Positions 59,405 through 64,000 of a DNA stretch of 64,000 bases are shown piece by piece. The position numbers and the translations under genes were made by a program. The stretch comes from Planctomycetota bacterium (GTDB lineage: Bacteria > Planctomycetota > GCA-002687715 > CAIWVZ01): assembly GCA_044222185.1 (NCBI GenBank), contig JBGANV010000001.1, positions 256,001 to 320,000 on the forward strand. The letters run 5' to 3'. Position 1 is the stretch's first letter, and every line of letters starts with the position of its first letter. The notes under the pieces are model-generated. The model saw only the letters and a list, made by a program, of their open reading frames with translations, was not told where the DNA came from and did not search any database.

Positions 59405-60325
59405 TCACAGGATCTTGCGGGCGCGTCGGACCATCCAGTCGTCGTCCCAGTCACGGTTCTGACGGGAGACGAGCAGGTAGACCGTCTTGTTGCGCAAGAC
59501 GAGCACGACGTCGCACGTGGAGCATTGATCGATGCGGATCTCGTGCGCCTTGTCCTGCTGGATGGTCTTCAGCTTGGGGATCTGCTTCTCGGCCAGCGAC
59601 GTCGGAATGGCGTAGAACGCGATCTCGCGATCACCGTAGTCGACGAGCGCTTGAGGGATCCAGGTGTCGTTCCACTTGAGCACTTCGCCGCCGACGAACT
59701 CGCCGCCGTCGAGCAGCCCCTGGGGAAGCTCGAACCCGGCACCGAGCTGGTCTTGGACCTGCTTCGTGAAACCGTCGAGGTCGACGAGCTTGCGATCCGG
59801 GAGGTCCTGCGTCGCGAGGTTCGCACGCGTCAGCGTCACGCTCGGGTCCAACCCCTTCACCAGTTCGTCATAGCGGGCTCCGACGAATGCAACGAGCGGC
59901 CCGTGGACCGAGTGATCGTGGGTTCGCTCCTTGTGATCACGCCCCGGCTGCGGGGTCGCGGCCACGAAGGTCGGCGTCTGGCCCGGGTTCCGTGGCGTGG
60001 CGTTCGTTTCCCGCGAATCGAGCGAGATCGCGAAGAGGATGGCCGCAGCCGCGGCGGTGATGCCCGCGGGGATCAGCCAGCGCGAGACGCGGCTGCGCCA
60101 GATCGCGCGCCGCAGTTCCCTTCGGAAGCGCGACGCCGAGGCCTCAGGGCAACGGTCTTTCACGAGCCGTGCGCGGACCGACGTCCACATGCGGCTCTCC
60201 GAGTTGACGATCGCCTGGCACGCCGAGCACGCGTTCAGGTGCTCGAGCACCGCCACGTTGTCCTTGACGGACAACTCGTCGTCGAGGAACGGGTCCAGGT
60301 GAGTTCGGCAGGTCTGGCAGTTCAC
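59405..60325 (-). CDS. Zinc-finger (zf-HC2) transmembrane anti-sigma factor
   Basis: C...LDPFLDDEL...HLNACSAC (HxxxCxxC); one TM; extracytoplasmic domain; overlaps the ECF stop. Confidence 0.88.
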   Translation of the reverse strand: MNCQTCRTHLDPFLDDELSVKDNVAVLEHLNACSACQAIVNSESRMWTSVRARLVKDRCPEASASRFRRELRRAIWRSRVSRWLIPAGITAAAAAILFAISLDSRETNATPRNPGQTPTFVAATPQPGRDHKERTHDHSVHGPLVAFVGARYDELVKGLDPSVTLTRANLATQDLPDRKLVDLDGFTKQVQDQLGAGFELPQGLLDGGEFVGGEVLKWNDTWIPQALVDYGDREIAFYAIPTSLAEKQIPKLKTIQQDKAHEIRIDQCSTCDVVLVLRNKTVYLLVSRQNRDWDDDWMVRRARKIL

Positions 60326-60909
60326 GAGGCTCTCTTTTCGGTCCGGTTCGCGTCGGTCGGGTACCCGTGATGGCGCGCGAACGACGCCAATCGGTCCTGC
60401 AGCATCCTTCGACTTCGGAAGAGGCGCGACATGACGGTGCCGAGGGGACAGTCCATCACTTCCGCGATCTCCCGGTACTTGAGTCCCTCGATCGTGGACA
60501 GCATGAAGACCATGCGGAGCTCGGCGGGGAGCTCCTCGATGGCGAGCTTGATGCGGTCGTCCACGGCTTCGAGTACCGCCTTTTCACGCTCGGCGAGGGT
60601 GGGGCGGTTCAGTTCGGCTTCCAGCGACTCCGGCGCTTCGATCTCGGGGATCGACTCGATCTCGCAGCCGGCGACGTGGCGCTCTCGGGTCATGCTCACG
60701 AACACCGTGTAGAGCACCCGGAAGATCCAGGCCTTGAAGTTCGTGCCCGGGGAAAACGACCCGAAGAAGCGAAACCCCTTCAGGAGCGTCTCCTGGACCA
60801 GATCGTCCGCCACGTTGGCGTCCTTCGTCAGGCGCACTGCCGTGCGATGGAGCGCATCGAGGTTCGGCTCGATTTCGCGTTGGAATACGTCTGGCTGGGC
60901 TCGGGGCAT
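60322..60909 (-). CDS. ECF sigma factor (SigH/SigR/RpoE-like)
   Basis: ADDLVQET, FSPGTNFKAWIFRVL, LKYREIAEVMDCPLGTVMSRLFRSR. Confidence 0.93.
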   Translation of the reverse strand: MPRAQPDVFQREIEPNLDALHRTAVRLTKDANVADDLVQETLLKGFRFFGSFSPGTNFKAWIFRVLYTVFVSMTRERHVAGCEIESIPEIEAPESLEAELNRPTLAEREKAVLEAVDDRIKLAIEELPAELRMVFMLSTIEGLKYREIAEVMDCPLGTVMSRLFRSRRMLQDRLASFARHHGYPTDANRTEKRAS

Positions 60910-60952
60910 CGACTGGTCACCGGCGGGGCGCGCCTCAAGGCTCAGCGATGCT

Positions 60953-60978
60953 AACGCTGCGATGCGACCCGGTATTCA
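60953..60978 (-). promoter_or_regulatory. Putative autoregulatory ECF promoter
   Basis: Minus strand TGAAT-N18-GTT (60978-60974, 60955-60953), one mismatch from the SigR/SigH consensus GGAAT-N18-GTT, ~45 nt upstream of the ECF start. Confidence 0.5.
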
Positions 60979-61160
60979 CCTCCGTGCTCCGGCAGGGAGC
61001 GGCCGCCTCGACTGAATAATGAGTCGCGCTCGGGCGTTCGTCAGAGCCGATTCGGGCTTCGGGCCTCGTCAGTCCTCGGGCGCGAGCCGGTCGTAGACGC
61101 CGGATGAAAAATCCATAGACTGTCGCCCCTCGAAACCACCCACCTCCCGGAGGCGCGTTG

Positions 61161-62726
61161 ATGCTGCGAGGAATACCCCGAGTGCTCGAACTGGCCCTGG
61201 CTGTGGCGGTGCTGGTGCCGTCGGCGCTCGGCCAGGAAGCGGCGCTCGTTCTCCGAGGTGCGAAGGTCCATGCGAAGCCCGGGGTCGTCCTCGAAAACGC
61301 CGATGTCCTCGTCGAGCACGGCCTGATCAAGGGCGTGGGCGAGAAGCTGACCGTCCCCGAGGGTGCGACGATCGTGGACCTCGCCGGCCAGGACCTGTGG
61401 CCCGCCTTCATCGATCCGTTGAACGACGCCTTGCTCGAGCCTGATCACCGTGCGCGCGGCACGTTCGGGCCGGCGGATCGGACGGTGGACGCCTACGACC
61501 CGTTCCGCGCCACCGACAACACCGCCATGCTCCGGGCCGGAGTGGGCGCCGTCGGACTTGGCACCTGGCCCCAGGGCATTCGTGGCGGCGTGATCTCCGT
61601 GCTGGAGGTCGCCGAGGCGCCGGGTGAACCCGCCTTTCTTGGGAAGGACCAGATCGTGCTCGCGGAGATGGGGACGCAGGGACGGGACGAGCCGGCCGCT
61701 CCGGACGGCATGCCCCGTGGTCGCGGCCGACGCCCGCAGTTCCAGGACTTCCCGTTCCAGGGCGCGCCCGCGCTTCTTTCGACGTCCCTCGTGACGCGCG
61801 AGGCGCAGGCCCGCGCCGTCGACGAACTCGTCGAGGGCGGACGCCGCTACAAGGAAGCGTGGGAGAAATACGAGAAGGACTTCGAGGAGTACAAGAAGAA
61901 GCTCGAGGAGTGGGAGAAGTCCAAGGGGACGGGTTCTCGACCAGCGAGCCGGCCCGCGCCGTCGGACACCGAGTCCAAGCCGCCCGAGCGCCCGACCGGG
62001 CAGGGATTCCCGCCCGACTTCCGCAACTGGCCCCGTGAGAAGCGCCAGCAATGGCTGCGCGAAAACATGGGACGGGCCCCGGCGGAGGGGGCGCGTCCCA
62101 CGGCGGACACGTCGTCGGCGCCATCCACCGACGGCAAGCCGAAGCCACCAGAGAAGCCCCGAACGGAGCCCGCGAAGGACGCGCTGATCGCGGTGCTCAA
62201 GCGCGAGCGTCCACTCTGGGTTGCCGCGCATTGGGTGCAGGACATCGAGGCCGCGCTCGACCTCGCCAAGGCGAAGAAGATCCGGATTGCTCTGATGGGC
62301 GCCTCGGAGGCGTGGCGCGCCCTCGATCGTGTGAAGAAGGAGCACGTCACCGTGCTTCTGCGGTCACCCGGCGTAGCGGATGCGGACTCGCTCGATCGCA
62401 TCGCCGAGCCTGATGATCTCTGCGCCCGCTTGAGTCGCGCCGGTGTTCCCGTGGCGTTCTGCACGGCGGGCGACTCCCGGGTGGGCGCGGCGGGCGCGGC
62501 ACTCGCGGCGGCAACGGGGATCGGACGCGGCATGAGCGAAGACGCGGCGCTGGCCGCCGTCACGGTCAACGCTGCGCGCGTGCTCGGTCTCGAGAAGAAA
62601 CTCGGAACGATCGAAGTCGGCAAGACGGCGAACCTCTTCGCAACGCACGGTTCACCGTTCGCGCCGTCGGCCTCCGCGACGACGACGGTCAGCGGCGGGA
62701 AGCTGCGCTCGTGGGAGACGAAGTGA
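61161..62726 (+). CDS. Exported amidohydrolase-fold protein lacking HxH
   Basis: Signal peptide; LRGAKVH..., PAFIDPLND, ALAAVTVNAARVLG, GTIEVGKTANL; internal coiled-coil and Pro-rich insert. Confidence 0.75.
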   Translation: MLRGIPRVLELALAVAVLVPSALGQEAALVLRGAKVHAKPGVVLENADVLVEHGLIKGVGEKLTVPEGATIVDLAGQDLWPAFIDPLNDALLEPDHRARGTFGPADRTVDAYDPFRATDNTAMLRAGVGAVGLGTWPQGIRGGVISVLEVAEAPGEPAFLGKDQIVLAEMGTQGRDEPAAPDGMPRGRGRRPQFQDFPFQGAPALLSTSLVTREAQARAVDELVEGGRRYKEAWEKYEKDFEEYKKKLEEWEKSKGTGSRPASRPAPSDTESKPPERPTGQGFPPDFRNWPREKRQQWLRENMGRAPAEGARPTADTSSAPSTDGKPKPPEKPRTEPAKDALIAVLKRERPLWVAAHWVQDIEAALDLAKAKKIRIALMGASEAWRALDRVKKEHVTVLLRSPGVADADSLDRIAEPDDLCARLSRAGVPVAFCTAGDSRVGAAGAALAAATGIGRGMSEDAALAAVTVNAARVLGLEKKLGTIEVGKTANLFATHGSPFAPSASATTTVSGGKLRSWETK

Positions 62727-62727
62727 A

Positions 62728-63873
62728 ATGAATTCCGCCACCAGGCTGCTCTGCATCGCGGCCACACTCGCGGCAGCGGTCGCCGCGCAGGATCCATCCG
62801 GAGGAGGCTCGTCGCTCGTCATCCGCGCCGCGTCGATCCACACGCTCGCTGGTGAGGCCATCCGTGACGGGCAGGTCGTGATCTCCGACGGCAAGGTTCT
62901 CGCCGTCGGACCGAGAACGGACGGCCGATCCTCCGGTGAGACGATCGAACTGGGAAACGCAGTCGTCTATCCGGGGTTCATCGATGCCGCGTCGACCGTG
63001 GCGATCCGTCGTGAACGCGACGACACGACCCGCGCGTGGCAGCCCGCATTGCGGATGGCCGAGGCCTTCGACCCGGGTCACCCGTATTTCGCCGAGGCGC
63101 TGGCGTTTGGCGTGACGTGCGTCCACCTCGTTCCCGGCGACAAGAACGTCCTCGGTGGGCAGTCGGCCGTCGTGAAGGTCTCCACTGCGGGGAACCGCGC
63201 CCGCGTGCTCGCGCCGGACACTGGTCTGAAGGTGAGCCTGTGCGAGGCCGAGTACGCCGACGGTCGGGCTCCCACGTCCCTTGCCGGGGCCCTGTCGGGC
63301 CTGCGAAAGCCTGAGGCCGATGCTGCGGCGATCGTCGATCGATTCCGCGACGGCAAGCGGCCCGTGTTCGTCTCCGCACGCACCGATCGCGAATGGGCCG
63401 TCGCGACCGGGCTGAAGTCGATGTTCGGCTTCCGGACGATCCTCTGCGCCGACTCTGCCTGCGGCCGCTTCGTCGGCTCGTTCCAGAACTCCATCGGCGG
63501 CGTCGTGATCGATCCCGTGGGCGCCTCGCTCCGAACGTTCGAGCGCGACGCGCTCCAGGGGCTCGCCCGCTCGGAACTGCCTCTCGCGTTCGGATCGTTC
63601 GGTTCGGGTGCGGGCGCGTCGGCGGTCCGAAGCTCGGCCGTCAATGCGTTCCGTGGTGGCGTGGCCGAGGAGCGGATCCTGCGCTCGCTCACGATGGACG
63701 CCGCGCGCATCCTCGGCGTCGCGACGCGCGTCGGCTCGCTCGAGAAGGGCAAGGACGGTGATCTCGTCGCACTGTCGGCCCCGGTGACGGATCCACGGGC
63801 GCGCGTCCTGCTCGTCGTGCAGGACGGGATCGTCGTCCACCGAGAGGCGAAGACCGGAGAGAAGGCTCGATGA
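62728..63873 (+). CDS. Exported amidohydrolase-fold protein lacking HxH
   Basis: Signal peptide; YPGFIDAAST, LTMDAARILGV..RVGSLEKGKDGDLV. Confidence 0.8.
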   Translation: MNSATRLLCIAATLAAAVAAQDPSGGGSSLVIRAASIHTLAGEAIRDGQVVISDGKVLAVGPRTDGRSSGETIELGNAVVYPGFIDAASTVAIRRERDDTTRAWQPALRMAEAFDPGHPYFAEALAFGVTCVHLVPGDKNVLGGQSAVVKVSTAGNRARVLAPDTGLKVSLCEAEYADGRAPTSLAGALSGLRKPEADAAAIVDRFRDGKRPVFVSARTDREWAVATGLKSMFGFRTILCADSACGRFVGSFQNSIGGVVIDPVGASLRTFERDALQGLARSELPLAFGSFGSGAGASAVRSSAVNAFRGGVAEERILRSLTMDAARILGVATRVGSLEKGKDGDLVALSAPVTDPRARVLLVVQDGIVVHREAKTGEKAR

Positions 63874-64000
63874 CACCCATCCTCGCCGTCCTGCTGTTCG
63901 TTCTCGGGCTGCCGCCGGCCGCGCGTCCAGACGTCGTCGTCATCCACGCGGCAAAGCTCTACGTCGGCGACGGGAAGGTCCTTTCACCTGCCGTCGTCGT
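63870..64000 (+). CDS. Start of a probable third amidohydrolase-fold protein (partial)
   Basis: ATGA overlap; MTPILAVLLFVLGLPPAARPDVVVIHAAKLYVGDGKVLSPAVV resembles the N-termini of the two preceding genes. Confidence 0.6.
   Translation, partial: MTPILAVLLFVLGLPPAARPDVVVIHAAKLYVGDGKVLSPAVV

Overview
GC-rich, diderm (kdsA-bearing) bacterial chromosomal window. The paired ECF sigma/Ser-Thr kinase cassettes suggest Planctomycetota, but this is inference. Housekeeping genes: gltA (partial), kdsA, valS, rluD, prkA-yeaH-spoVR, 2-oxoacid dehydrogenase E1 alpha/beta. Main points of interest: (1) seven secreted proteins with unrelated catalytic or propeller domains share one ~110-160 aa module ending FxVP...GxxVxLQ...SN-like, at the C-terminus in six and the N-terminus in one, which is a candidate surface-sorting/anchoring domain; (2) a compact ceramide cluster (Spt, bCerS-type GNAT, CerR-type reductase) with an AUR1/IPC-synthase-like PAP2 enzyme and nearby GT2s; (3) a cobalamin riboswitch directly upstream of one of the module-bearing beta-propellers; (4) two ECF-kinase cassettes flanking large secreted proteins, one being a trypsin-like protease with five ~200 aa repeats I do not recognise. 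I saw no rRNA, tRNA, CRISPR or IS elements. All family calls come from recognising motifs by eye, with no database search.
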